From Lactobacillaceae bacterium (GTDB lineage: Bacteria > Bacillota > Bacilli > Lactobacillales > Lactobacillaceae), in NCBI GenBank assembly GCA_031282325.1, contig JAITDY010000057.1:17455-81454 (forward strand): DNA of 64,000 nucleotides. Reading direction: 5' to 3'. Made by a program: the position numbers and the translations under genes. Below the pieces are notes generated by a model. That model was not told where the DNA came from, ran no database searches, and was given only the letters and a program-made list of their open reading frames with translations. Positions within the stretch are counted from its first letter, which is position 1. Every line of letters starts with the position of its first letter. This document shows, piece after piece, positions 30,100-38,376 of this stretch.

Positions 30100-30816
30100 T
30101 TATTTAAATCCATTTTGTTCTAAATGGATATGGTAACGCGTGCCCACATAATAAGTACGGACAAATTCAAAGGGCCGTTGCGAGGGATTAGATGTGATTT
30201 GCGTTAAATATAGAATCGGATCGCCTACTTTAATACCTAAAATTTCAGCCACTTTTCGATCAGCTATAGTTGCATTAAAATCTTGGACAGCCTTAGCGTT
30301 GCTTACTGGGTATCCGTGATTTTCCAAAGCTTGATATAAAGACTTCCTAAATTCTTCGGTTTTAATTTTACCAACTATTCTTTCTGGCAAAAAAGCAATT
30401 TCATAAGCGATTGGCTCTCCGTCCCCCAAGCGTAATCTTTCTAAAATAATAATTTCTTCATTAGCCTCTAACTTTAAGGCTTTAATAATCGTTGGTGTCG
30501 GCTTTTCTCTTTTATAACTGATAAATTGAGTACTAGCCGTAATTCCTGATTGAATCATTAATTGCGAAAAACTAGTAACACCTCTTAAATTTTCAGTCAC
30601 CGGTTTTTCTTTGACATACGAACCAGAACCAGTTCGTTTTTCTAAAATACCATCCGTTACTAGAGTATTTAAGGCTTGCCTTAAAGTCATTCGAGAAACT
30701 TGGTATTCTTCAGATAATTCTCTTTCAGAAGGTAATCGGCTACCATTTTTAAATTCACCATCTTCAATTCGCTTTTTAAGATCATCACGAATTTGGATAA
30801 AAATTGGCGAACGCAT
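30100..30816 (-). CDS. nagR: GntR/HutC-family regulator, probable NagR
   Basis: LPSERELS, VSRMTLRQAL, UTRA domain; coupled to nagA. Confidence 0.75.
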   Translation of the reverse strand: MRSPIFIQIRDDLKKRIEDGEFKNGSRLPSERELSEEYQVSRMTLRQALNTLVTDGILEKRTGSGSYVKEKPVTENLRGVTSFSQLMIQSGITASTQFISYKREKPTPTIIKALKLEANEEIIILERLRLGDGEPIAYEIAFLPERIVGKIKTEEFRKSLYQALENHGYPVSNAKAVQDFNATIADRKVAEILGIKVGDPILYLTQITSNPSQRPFEFVRTYYVGTRYHIHLEQNGFK

Positions 30817-31940
30817 TAAATATTTTCTCCGTCTAAATAATTTTCAATTAATTCTCCATTATTAGACATCAGATTAAAATTAGCTCTCTTATTATTTTCA
30901 ATCGTGCCAACATCATTTAAATGAAACTCTGTTGCTTGGTTTACTGAAGACACAATTACTGCTTGTTCAATACTGTAACCAGCAAATTTTTGGATATTAT
31001 TAAATCCGTCAATAAAACGTAAAACACTACCAGCCAAGTGTCCATCATCTAAACGCGCTTGTCCATTTTTAACTGTTACTTTTTGTCCGCCCAATTCAGA
31101 AACTCCATCTCCTAATCCCTTGGAGCGCATCGCATCGGTAATGATTTCGATATGAGAAATATCTTTAGCCCGTGTTGTTAATTTAATAATTTCTGGTGCC
31201 ACGTGAATACCATCTAGAATAATCTCAACATTTGCATCGGTTAATAGGCCAAAACCACTAACCCCGGGTTCTCTACTAGTGACTTGAGTTTGACGATTAT
31301 ATAAATGCGTAATATGACTAACTTGAGTTTGCTCTAAGTGTTTGTAATTATCATTAGAATGCCCTGCGCTACCAACAATATTCAAATCATTTAGCGTTTT
31401 TTCAAAATTCTTGTCGGTCACCATTTCTGGAGCAAAAGTAATCAATCGAATATTATTCCCAGATAACTCTTGTAACTCTCTAATTAAATTTGAATCAGCA
31501 GGAATAACATATTCCTTAGGTTGAGCTCCATTCATTTCAGGATTAATAAAGGGACCTTCCAAATGCACTCCTACGGCAATTGGATTTTGCTCAATTACTT
31601 TTTTAGCAACTATTAATGCCTTTTTAATTTCTTCAATATTTTGCGTAATTGTAGTTAAAAAAACGCTGGTAACACCTTCACTCCGCATTTTATTTAGCAT
31701 TAAATTTATTTTATTAACATCACTGTCCATCGTATCAATTCCATATCCACCATGGACATGAACATCAATAAAACCCGGGACTAAAAAATCAGCATCTGTT
31801 TTTAAAATTTCATCATCAATTTCTTTTTTATATTCACTTTGATCTCCAACAGATAAAATTGTTTTATTGAAGCGAATATAGCCATTCTCAATTACTTTTT
31901 TGCCAGTATAGATTTTAATATTAGAGATTACCTTATTCAT
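30816..31940 (-). CDS. nagA: N-acetylglucosamine-6-phosphate deacetylase
   Basis: PGFIDVHVHG, HLEGPF, GHS, THLYN, DGIHV, ITDAM, LAGS. Confidence 0.95.
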   Translation of the reverse strand: MNKVISNIKIYTGKKVIENGYIRFNKTILSVGDQSEYKKEIDDEILKTDADFLVPGFIDVHVHGGYGIDTMDSDVNKINLMLNKMRSEGVTSVFLTTITQNIEEIKKALIVAKKVIEQNPIAVGVHLEGPFINPEMNGAQPKEYVIPADSNLIRELQELSGNNIRLITFAPEMVTDKNFEKTLNDLNIVGSAGHSNDNYKHLEQTQVSHITHLYNRQTQVTSREPGVSGFGLLTDANVEIILDGIHVAPEIIKLTTRAKDISHIEIITDAMRSKGLGDGVSELGGQKVTVKNGQARLDDGHLAGSVLRFIDGFNNIQKFAGYSIEQAVIVSSVNQATEFHLNDVGTIENNKRANFNLMSNNGELIENYLDGENI

Positions 31941-31956
31941 AACTTTATTATAGAAT

Positions 31957-31982
31957 AAAAAAGGCCAATTTAAGATTGGTCT
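31957..31982 (-). terminator. Probable intrinsic terminator after FAD oxidoreductase
   Basis: Minus strand AGACCAAT-CTTAA-ATTGGCCT-TTTTT. Confidence 0.6.
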
Positions 31983-31990
31983 AATAAGAT

Positions 31991-33391
31991 TTATAAAATT
32001 TTAACTCCCGGGTTTAATAAATTCATTGGGTCTAAAAGCGATTTAATTTGATGTTGCAAATAATCACCTTCAAATCCATTTTGAGCATAATTCCATTCGT
32101 TCTTTTGTGTTCCAACAGCATGTTCTCCAGAAATAACTCCGCCTAGTTCTAAAGTTTTATTAAAAATATCTTTAATAGCATCATTAATAGCGATCGGCGT
32201 TTGTTTTTCATTAATATCCCAGACAAAGCTAGGATGAACATTTCCATCACCAGCATGTCCAGCTACATAAATTTTTAAATTATATTTTTTTGCGATATCA
32301 CTAATATAGTCCATCATTTCGGCCATTTTTGATAAGGGTAAAGACATATCTTCCATCACATGATTATTACCTTTAAAAATAGCCGGTAGCATATCATTTC
32401 TTAATTTAAATAGTTCTGAAGCATGTTTAGGATCGGAACTAATATCTATATTAGTTGCTCCAAAATCTTGTAATATGGAATTTACTTTATTTTCAATTTC
32501 TGGACTTGTAAAATCTAAACGAAAAATTAGCATAGCTGCATTATCTTTTGAATAATTAGTTGATTCATATTCATCTAATTTTTGAACCGTAGCGGCATCA
32601 AGTGCTTCTAAAACCGTTGGATACACTCCTGAAGAACGTAATGTTCCAGTCGCTTTAGTCAATTCAGTCATATTTTTAAAATTGGCTATCCCAACTAAAG
32701 GAGTTCCTAATGGAATTGGTAAAATTTTTACTGTGATTTCAACAATAATTCCCAGTGTTCCTTCAGAACCAACAAACAAGTGCGTTAAATCATACGAAAA
32801 AGCTTGTTTGAGCGTCCGTCCGCCTAATTCAATTACGCGTCCATCCATTAAAACTACTTTCATCCCTAAAACCTGATCTTTTGTAACACCATATCTCACT
32901 GATTGCATTCCACCAGCGTTAGTAGATACATTTCCGCCAATAGAAGAAATATTTTTTGAGCCGGGATCTGGAGCATAGAAAAATCCGTATTTAGAAACTG
33001 CCTTATCTAAATCACCGTTGATAACGCCGGCCTGTACTCGAGCAATCCCATCTTCTGGATTAATTTCTAAAATCTGATTCATTTCAGCAAGTGATAAAAC
33101 AATTGAATCATTTTGGCCACGAGATCCACCGACCACAGAAGTATTGGTGTCTTTAGTAATGATAGGGGTATGAAATTGTCTGGCAACTTTTACTACAGCT
33201 AAAATATCTTCAATACTTTTGGCTAAAACAATTGCAATCGGCAATTGCACTTCCTCATTTGAACTTTTCGGATTATTACTATAATCAAATAAGCTTTGTT
33301 TGTCGAAAAGAACTTTTCCATCTTTAACGCTAGTTTGCAATGCATTTAAGATATCTTGATTGTCGTAAGCAGGAAATTTAGTTTTAATCAT
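31991..33391 (-). CDS. FAD-linked 2-hydroxyacid oxidoreductase (GlcD/D-lactate dehydrogenase-like)
   Basis: PDPGS, IGGNVSTNAGG, GSEGTLG, GHAGDGNVH, SGEHAVG, DPMNLLNPG. Confidence 0.85.
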   Translation of the reverse strand: MIKTKFPAYDNQDILNALQTSVKDGKVLFDKQSLFDYSNNPKSSNEEVQLPIAIVLAKSIEDILAVVKVARQFHTPIITKDTNTSVVGGSRGQNDSIVLSLAEMNQILEINPEDGIARVQAGVINGDLDKAVSKYGFFYAPDPGSKNISSIGGNVSTNAGGMQSVRYGVTKDQVLGMKVVLMDGRVIELGGRTLKQAFSYDLTHLFVGSEGTLGIIVEITVKILPIPLGTPLVGIANFKNMTELTKATGTLRSSGVYPTVLEALDAATVQKLDEYESTNYSKDNAAMLIFRLDFTSPEIENKVNSILQDFGATNIDISSDPKHASELFKLRNDMLPAIFKGNNHVMEDMSLPLSKMAEMMDYISDIAKKYNLKIYVAGHAGDGNVHPSFVWDINEKQTPIAINDAIKDIFNKTLELGGVISGEHAVGTQKNEWNYAQNGFEGDYLQHQIKSLLDPMNLLNPGVKIL

Positions 33392-33451
33392 TTTTACATT
33401 TACCTCACTTTTAATTTTAATACGCCAATGCTTTTTTATTTTTTTATTCTG

Positions 33452-33460
33452 TGTTATAGT
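33452..33460 (+). promoter_or_regulatory. Extended -10 promoter for leader-tcyAB transcript
   Basis: TG-T-TATAGT, 8 nt before leader ATG 33469. Confidence 0.6.
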
Positions 33461-33468
33461 TTATTTTG

Positions 33469-33519
33469 ATGTTTTTAATTAATCATAAAAATAGATATTG
33501 TGAAACCCGTGCTTTATAG
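33469..33519 (+). CDS. Putative Cys-sensing leader peptide MFLINHKNRYCETRAL (16 aa)
   Basis: ATG 33469 to TAG 33519; Cys codon at 33499 inside protector helix; last codons form the antiterminator 5' arm. Confidence 0.6.
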   Translation: MFLINHKNRYCETRAL

Positions 33520-33548
33520 CCGGATATTTTGCATATCTACTTTTCTAT

Positions 33549-33595
33549 AAAGCACCTTTTAAGAAGCGATTTAGTTTATTAAAAGGTGCTTTTTT
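33549..33595 (+). terminator. Attenuator terminator upstream of cystine-type SBP
   Basis: AAAGCACCTTTTAA / TTAAAAGGTGCTTT plus T tract, 24 nt before ATG 33620. Confidence 0.85.
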
Positions 33596-33619
33596 ATTTA
33601 AATTTTTTAGGAGAAAAAA

Positions 33620-34402
33620 ATGAAGAAACAATTATTTATAATCGGGAGCATTATTTTATTAGGAATCAGTATTTTATCGCCAGTTATTGCAAATGCTTCA
33701 ACTGATAATTATTTAGTGAAGAAAAATAAACTAGTGATTGGAATGGAAGGATCTTACGCTCCTTTTGGATACCGAAACAAAAAAGGAAAATTAACTGGTT
33801 TTGAAGTGGAAATTGCCAAGTTATTAGCAAAAAAATTAAATTTAAAACCAGAATTTAAATTAACTAAATTTGATTCTTTAACAATTGGTTTAAACTCACA
33901 TAATTTTGATATTGTTTTAAATAATATGGGATACAGCAAAGAACGTGGGCAGGAATTTTTATTTTCAAAAACTTATTTGTATTCTAGAACGGTGGCTATT
34001 CACACAAAAAAAGTCAAAATAAATTCGCTGAAAGATATTAAAAATAAAAAAATGGCCCAATCTACTGCTTCTAATTATGGACAAATGGCAATAAAAGCAG
34101 GTGGAAAAATTGTAAGCGTTACTGGTTTTGCTGAAGAATTAAATTTAATTGCTAGTGGCCGAGCAGACGGAAGTATTAACGATCTTGGTGCATTCTCGAT
34201 TTGGAAAAAAGAAAATAAAAATAATCTATTAGTAGCTACCGATCTAAAAGATGTGAAAGCTGAGGGCGTTTATGCACTGATTAATAAAAAAGAAATTAAA
34301 CTTCAACAAAAAATTGACGATACTCTAATGACCTTAAAAAAAGATGGAACTTTAAAAAAGCTCTCGATTAAATATTTTGGAATGGATTTAACTGAACAAT
34401 GA
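33620..34402 (+). CDS. tcyA: Cystine-type (TcyA/FliY-like) ABC substrate-binding protein
   Basis: GMEGSYAPFGY, GKLTGFEVEIAK, DGTLKKLSIKYFG. Confidence 0.65.
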   Translation: MKKQLFIIGSIILLGISILSPVIANASTDNYLVKKNKLVIGMEGSYAPFGYRNKKGKLTGFEVEIAKLLAKKLNLKPEFKLTKFDSLTIGLNSHNFDIVLNNMGYSKERGQEFLFSKTYLYSRTVAIHTKKVKINSLKDIKNKKMAQSTASNYGQMAIKAGGKIVSVTGFAEELNLIASGRADGSINDLGAFSIWKKENKNNLLVATDLKDVKAEGVYALINKKEIKLQQKIDDTLMTLKKDGTLKKLSIKYFGMDLTEQ

Positions 34403-35067
34403 TTTCTTTTTTAAGTGATTTAAAATTGTATTTACCGCAACTTTTTTTAAAAGCCCTTACCGTTGCATTACCGCTAACAGTTATTAGTTTTATTATTGGA
34501 TTAATTTTAGCGACGGTTTCAGCGATTATTTTTACACTTCCCAAAGCAAATAAAATTTTGAATTTCTTAAAAAGTTTTTTAAATTTTTATGTTTGGTTTT
34601 TTCGTTCAACACCGTTATTGGTTCAACTTTATATTGCTTTTTTTGGTTTAAAAGGAATTTTTGCAAATGCTTGGATCGCAGGAATTATTGTACTGTCTTT
34701 AAATATTGGTGCCTATGTCAGCCAAAATATCAAAGGTGCCATTTTATCAGTTTCGAAAAATCAATTTGAAAGCGCCATAGCAACTGGCTTAACAGTTTCA
34801 CAAAGCTATAAATATGTAATTTTACCCTTAGCTCTACCGGCAGCGATTCCTGCTTTAGGTAATTCATTTATTTCACTTTTCAAAGATACTTCATTAATTA
34901 GTGCAATCACGATCATCGATCCATTTTTATATGCCCAACAAATTTCTGGTCAAAATTTCCATACTTTAAATTTATATTTGTTAACAGCTATCATGTACGC
35001 GTTTTTTTCAACAATATTTGCTTATCTGCAGTCAGTGACTGAAAAACATTTTTCTATTATTCATTAA
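34399..35067 (+). CDS. tcyB: Amino acid ABC permease (TcyB-like)
   Basis: YVWFFRSTPLLVQL, LNIGAY, QFESAIATG, LFKDTSL. Confidence 0.65.
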   Translation: MISFLSDLKLYLPQLFLKALTVALPLTVISFIIGLILATVSAIIFTLPKANKILNFLKSFLNFYVWFFRSTPLLVQLYIAFFGLKGIFANAWIAGIIVLSLNIGAYVSQNIKGAILSVSKNQFESAIATGLTVSQSYKYVILPLALPAAIPALGNSFISLFKDTSLISAITIIDPFLYAQQISGQNFHTLNLYLLTAIMYAFFSTIFAYLQSVTEKHFSIIH

Positions 35068-35090
35068 TTGCAAGAAAATATGATGCAAAT

Positions 35091-35417
35091 TTAACGTTCT
35101 AGTACTGATTTTCGAAAACGAATTTGATCGGGTTTTAAATGGGTTGCCAATTGCTGAATTAATTTTTTCGTGTTAGAAGTAAGCAATTGTATTTCTTTAT
35201 CATCGTTTGTTTTTACAAAAATACCTCGCCAATAAAAGCCAAATACTTTTTGTACGGAAATATATTTGATTGAGGTAAAAGGAATATCAAGAAAATCAGT
35301 CGAAAAATCACGTTCGAAACTAATCCCTTGAGCAACTACGCTTAAATTACCTTTTAGCATTTTTACTGGATTGACAACTAGTGTTGATCTAACTTTTATT
35401 TCAATCTTTTTTTGCAT
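35091..35417 (-). CDS. DUF956 family protein (ManO-like)
   Basis: Size, PH-like beta pattern and position directly after manZ. Confidence 0.65.
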   Translation of the reverse strand: MQKKIEIKVRSTLVVNPVKMLKGNLSVVAQGISFERDFSTDFLDIPFTSIKYISVQKVFGFYWRGIFVKTNDDKEIQLLTSNTKKLIQQLATHLKPDQIRFRKSVLER

Positions 35418-35427
35418 AATTATGTAT

Positions 35428-35455
35428 AACTAGCCAATAGTTGGCTAGTTTTTTT
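35428..35455 (+). terminator. Hairpin between manZ and DUF956 gene with T tract on + strand
   Basis: AACTAGCCAA-TAG-TTGGCTAGTT followed by TTTTT. Confidence 0.6.
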
Positions 35456-35456
35456 A

Positions 35457-36431
35457 TTATCCTAATAGTCCGACAACGTATAGCAATACGCCAAGTACAA
35501 AATAACCTAAGATAATAGTAATTGGTTTTACATTTTTCTTAATCAACCATAGAGTTAGGAACAATAAAAGTAATGGTCCTAAGCCCGGCACAATTTTGTC
35601 CATTGTGTCTTGCATAGTTGAATTAGTGGCAAATCCGGGGAAACTTCCTAGTTTGTCTTTAATATCAACAAGGGCTTTGGCCTTATTAGTCCAATCGGCA
35701 TCACCAGTTAGGGTTTGTACCCCTTTTTTCATTGCACTAACAAAAGGCTTAGTTACATCACTACCGGTTTTTGTAGTTGAGAATATTGGTGCCCAATGCA
35801 TAGTAGTCCAACGAGGAACCAACACTCCCATGATAAACATTCCTAAAATAGAAGAACCATAAACGAACTTTTGTAAAATGGATAAATCTTTAGTTATGGC
35901 TGTTCCTTCACGATAACCAATTTCTTGAGTAAACCATAAGAAAGAATAACGAATAATATTCCAAGCTAAGAAGAAAATAATTGGTCCTAGAATAGAACCA
36001 GTTTGAGCAAACGAAGTTGCCGCAAAAGCTCCAATGATAGGACGTAGGGTTCCCCAGAAAATTGGATCCCCGACTCCAGCAAGTGGTCCCATCATACCAA
36101 CTTTGGCACCGTTAATGGCGGCGTCATCGATATCAGCACCCTTACTTTTGGCTTCTTCTAGCGCCATAGTCACACCAAATATTGGAGAAGCTACATATGG
36201 ATGAGTATTGAAAAATTCCATATGTCTTTTTAAAGCACTAGCTCGATCTTCTTTACTTGAATAAAGCTTAGCGATTGCAGGAGCCATAATGTAAGCAAAA
36301 CCAAGATTGTGCATACGTTCAAAGTTCCATGAACCCTGTTCAAAACTTTGACGAAGCATCATTTTAAAACGTAATGATTTAGGTAATGCGTAGTTTGCTT
36401 CTAATTCTTTTTGTGTTTTTTTATCAGCCAT
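35457..36431 (-). CDS. manZ: Mannose PTS EIID
   Basis: QGSWNFERM, RHMEFFNTHP, MMGPLAGVGDPIFW. Confidence 0.95.
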   Translation of the reverse strand: MADKKTQKELEANYALPKSLRFKMMLRQSFEQGSWNFERMHNLGFAYIMAPAIAKLYSSKEDRASALKRHMEFFNTHPYVASPIFGVTMALEEAKSKGADIDDAAINGAKVGMMGPLAGVGDPIFWGTLRPIIGAFAATSFAQTGSILGPIIFFLAWNIIRYSFLWFTQEIGYREGTAITKDLSILQKFVYGSSILGMFIMGVLVPRWTTMHWAPIFSTTKTGSDVTKPFVSAMKKGVQTLTGDADWTNKAKALVDIKDKLGSFPGFATNSTMQDTMDKIVPGLGPLLLLFLTLWLIKKNVKPITIILGYFVLGVLLYVVGLLG

Positions 36432-36442
36432 TGCATTTCTCC

Positions 36443-37273
36443 TTAATAATCATTTAGCACTGCATCGAGTTCACCACCAGACGAAGCGCCACCACCATTT
36501 GAATTTCCACTTCCACCATTAAATTTTGGTGAAAGTTGCAAGTAAATCAATGCCAAAACGACACCAACAATTCCCATTTGAATTAAGTTTAATTCGGTTA
36601 ATGAAGAAAGAGCGAAACCTAATGCAAAGAATGGCCATAGATCAGCTGTTGCCATCATATTAATAATCATTGCATATCCAACAACAACGACTAATCCGGC
36701 GGCAACAGTTAATCCATTTGTAAGCCAACTTGGCATCGCATTAATGATATTCATCATAAAAGAAGATGGGAAGGCTAATAGGGCAGCGGCTGGAACAGCT
36801 GTTTGCAGTCCAGTAAGTATCATGCCTACTCGATGCATGTTTTCGACACCTTTAATGTTTCCCTGCTCAGCGTATTTATCAGCAACGTGAACAATAGATA
36901 AGGTTCCAATTCGGACCATTGTTTTTAAGAAAAGCCCGAAAACGGCAATAGGAATAGCGGCCGCTACAGCTTGACCTTGCGTCATCTGCAAGACGCCATC
37001 AGCGTTTGCTGATTTCATCATTAAAATTCCTGATGCAACTGACATTAACGATACATCTGGAGACATCGCTGCTCCAATGTTCATCCACGCCAAACTAATT
37101 AATTGAAGAGCGGCACCTAGCATAATACCTTCTTTAGGATGACCGGCTACAATTCCAATTAAAGATGTTGCCACGATTGGTTGCTGAAATTGGAAGGAAT
37201 CCAAATTTCCGTCGACACCAGATAAAAAGGCGATAACTAAAATTAAAATTATTGTAATTATACTTAAACTCAT
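36443..37273 (-). CDS. manY: Mannose PTS EIIC
   Basis: FQFQQP, GAALQLI, NIGAA, VVVGYAMIINMM, C-terminal ELDAVLNDY. Confidence 0.95.
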   Translation of the reverse strand: MSLSIITIILILVIAFLSGVDGNLDSFQFQQPIVATSLIGIVAGHPKEGIMLGAALQLISLAWMNIGAAMSPDVSLMSVASGILMMKSANADGVLQMTQGQAVAAAIPIAVFGLFLKTMVRIGTLSIVHVADKYAEQGNIKGVENMHRVGMILTGLQTAVPAAALLAFPSSFMMNIINAMPSWLTNGLTVAAGLVVVVGYAMIINMMATADLWPFFALGFALSSLTELNLIQMGIVGVVLALIYLQLSPKFNGGSGNSNGGGASSGGELDAVLNDY

Positions 37274-38250
37274 GATTTAACTCCCGCTTGTTTTATTAAT
37301 GCAAATAAATCTGCATTTTTATCTGAAGGAACCTTTCGAACATTGAACTTGACTCCCTGTTGTTGCAAATATTCAAAAGCTTCTACGTCTCTTGAATCGA
37401 CTGCATTTGCTTTATCAATCATTTTCTTTCCTTCAGAATACGCCATCGATCCTACGTTTACTTCGGTAATTCCTACACCCTTTTCAACAACTGCTTGAAT
37501 GTCTTCTGGATTTTCAAAAAGTAATAAAGTAGGGATATTTTCAAATCGTTTATCATCCCAAATTTCAACTAATTTAGATATTGGAATAACACTAGCTTTT
37601 GTTCCACTCGGAGCAGCTTGAACAATCAAACTCTTACGTAATTCATCTTTAGCTACCGCATCGGAAACAACGATAATGCGTTTTGGTTGGGCTTCTTTAG
37701 TCCATGCAGTGGCAACTTGTCCGTGCAACAAACGCGAATCGATTCTAACCAAACGTAAATCTAATCCCTTACCGCCAGCTACCTTTTTACCGACCGATAT
37801 TTTTCCGGTAGACTTGTTTGAAGAAGCTGGCTTTTCTTTAGCTTCTGGCATCAAACTATTTGGATAAGTAGAAATTCCTTCTTGCCCGGGCGTAACAGCC
37901 ATAGTTGCTAATTCAGATGCTGTATTAACACTCATACGATTTGCTAAAGTTTCTACTAACATAGGTAGATTCAATCCAGAAACCATTGCCATTTTCTCTG
38001 AATTTTCAGCAATAATGAGCGCTGCTTGGTTGTATGGAGTTCCTCCCAGCAAATCAACTAAAAATAAAGTCTCATCATCATTTTTAAAATCAGAAACAGC
38101 TTTTTTAAGTTTTTTGGCTAACTTATCAGCATTATCTGTTCTAGTAAAAGTAACGGCTACCAGATTTTCTTGTTCACCAAAAATCATTTTTGACGAATCA
38201 AGCACACCTTTTGCGGTATCACCATGACTACTTAAAATGATATTAACCAT
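37270..38250 (-). CDS. manX: Mannose PTS EIIAB
   Basis: SHG, DLLGGTPYN, GLNLPML, RIDSRLLHGQVATAW. Confidence 0.95.
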   Translation of the reverse strand: MVNIILSSHGDTAKGVLDSSKMIFGEQENLVAVTFTRTDNADKLAKKLKKAVSDFKNDDETLFLVDLLGGTPYNQAALIIAENSEKMAMVSGLNLPMLVETLANRMSVNTASELATMAVTPGQEGISTYPNSLMPEAKEKPASSNKSTGKISVGKKVAGGKGLDLRLVRIDSRLLHGQVATAWTKEAQPKRIIVVSDAVAKDELRKSLIVQAAPSGTKASVIPISKLVEIWDDKRFENIPTLLLFENPEDIQAVVEKGVGITEVNVGSMAYSEGKKMIDKANAVDSRDVEAFEYLQQQGVKFNVRKVPSDKNADLFALIKQAGVKS

Positions 38251-38301
38251 ATTTTTCCCCTCTCTTTTTAGACTAATTGACGGATTTCATCAACTTAAAT
38301 A

Positions 38302-38330
38302 ATTATATCACAATAATGAAAGCGCTTACT
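38302..38330 (-). promoter_or_regulatory. man operon promoter: extended -10 with adjacent CcpA cre site
   Basis: TG-A-TATAAT at 38302-38310 (minus); TGAAAGCGCTTACT at 38317-38330 closely fits cre consensus TGWAANCGNTNWCA. Confidence 0.75.
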
Positions 38331-38376
38331 TTAAGATACTGAAATCTTAATTTTGTCACCAAGAAAGGTTATTTAA

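Noticed and set aside
33480-33600. T-box riboswitch upstream of the SBP
   Set aside because: Too short for stem I and no GGUGGNACC T-box; AAAAGGTGC is just the terminator 3' arm.
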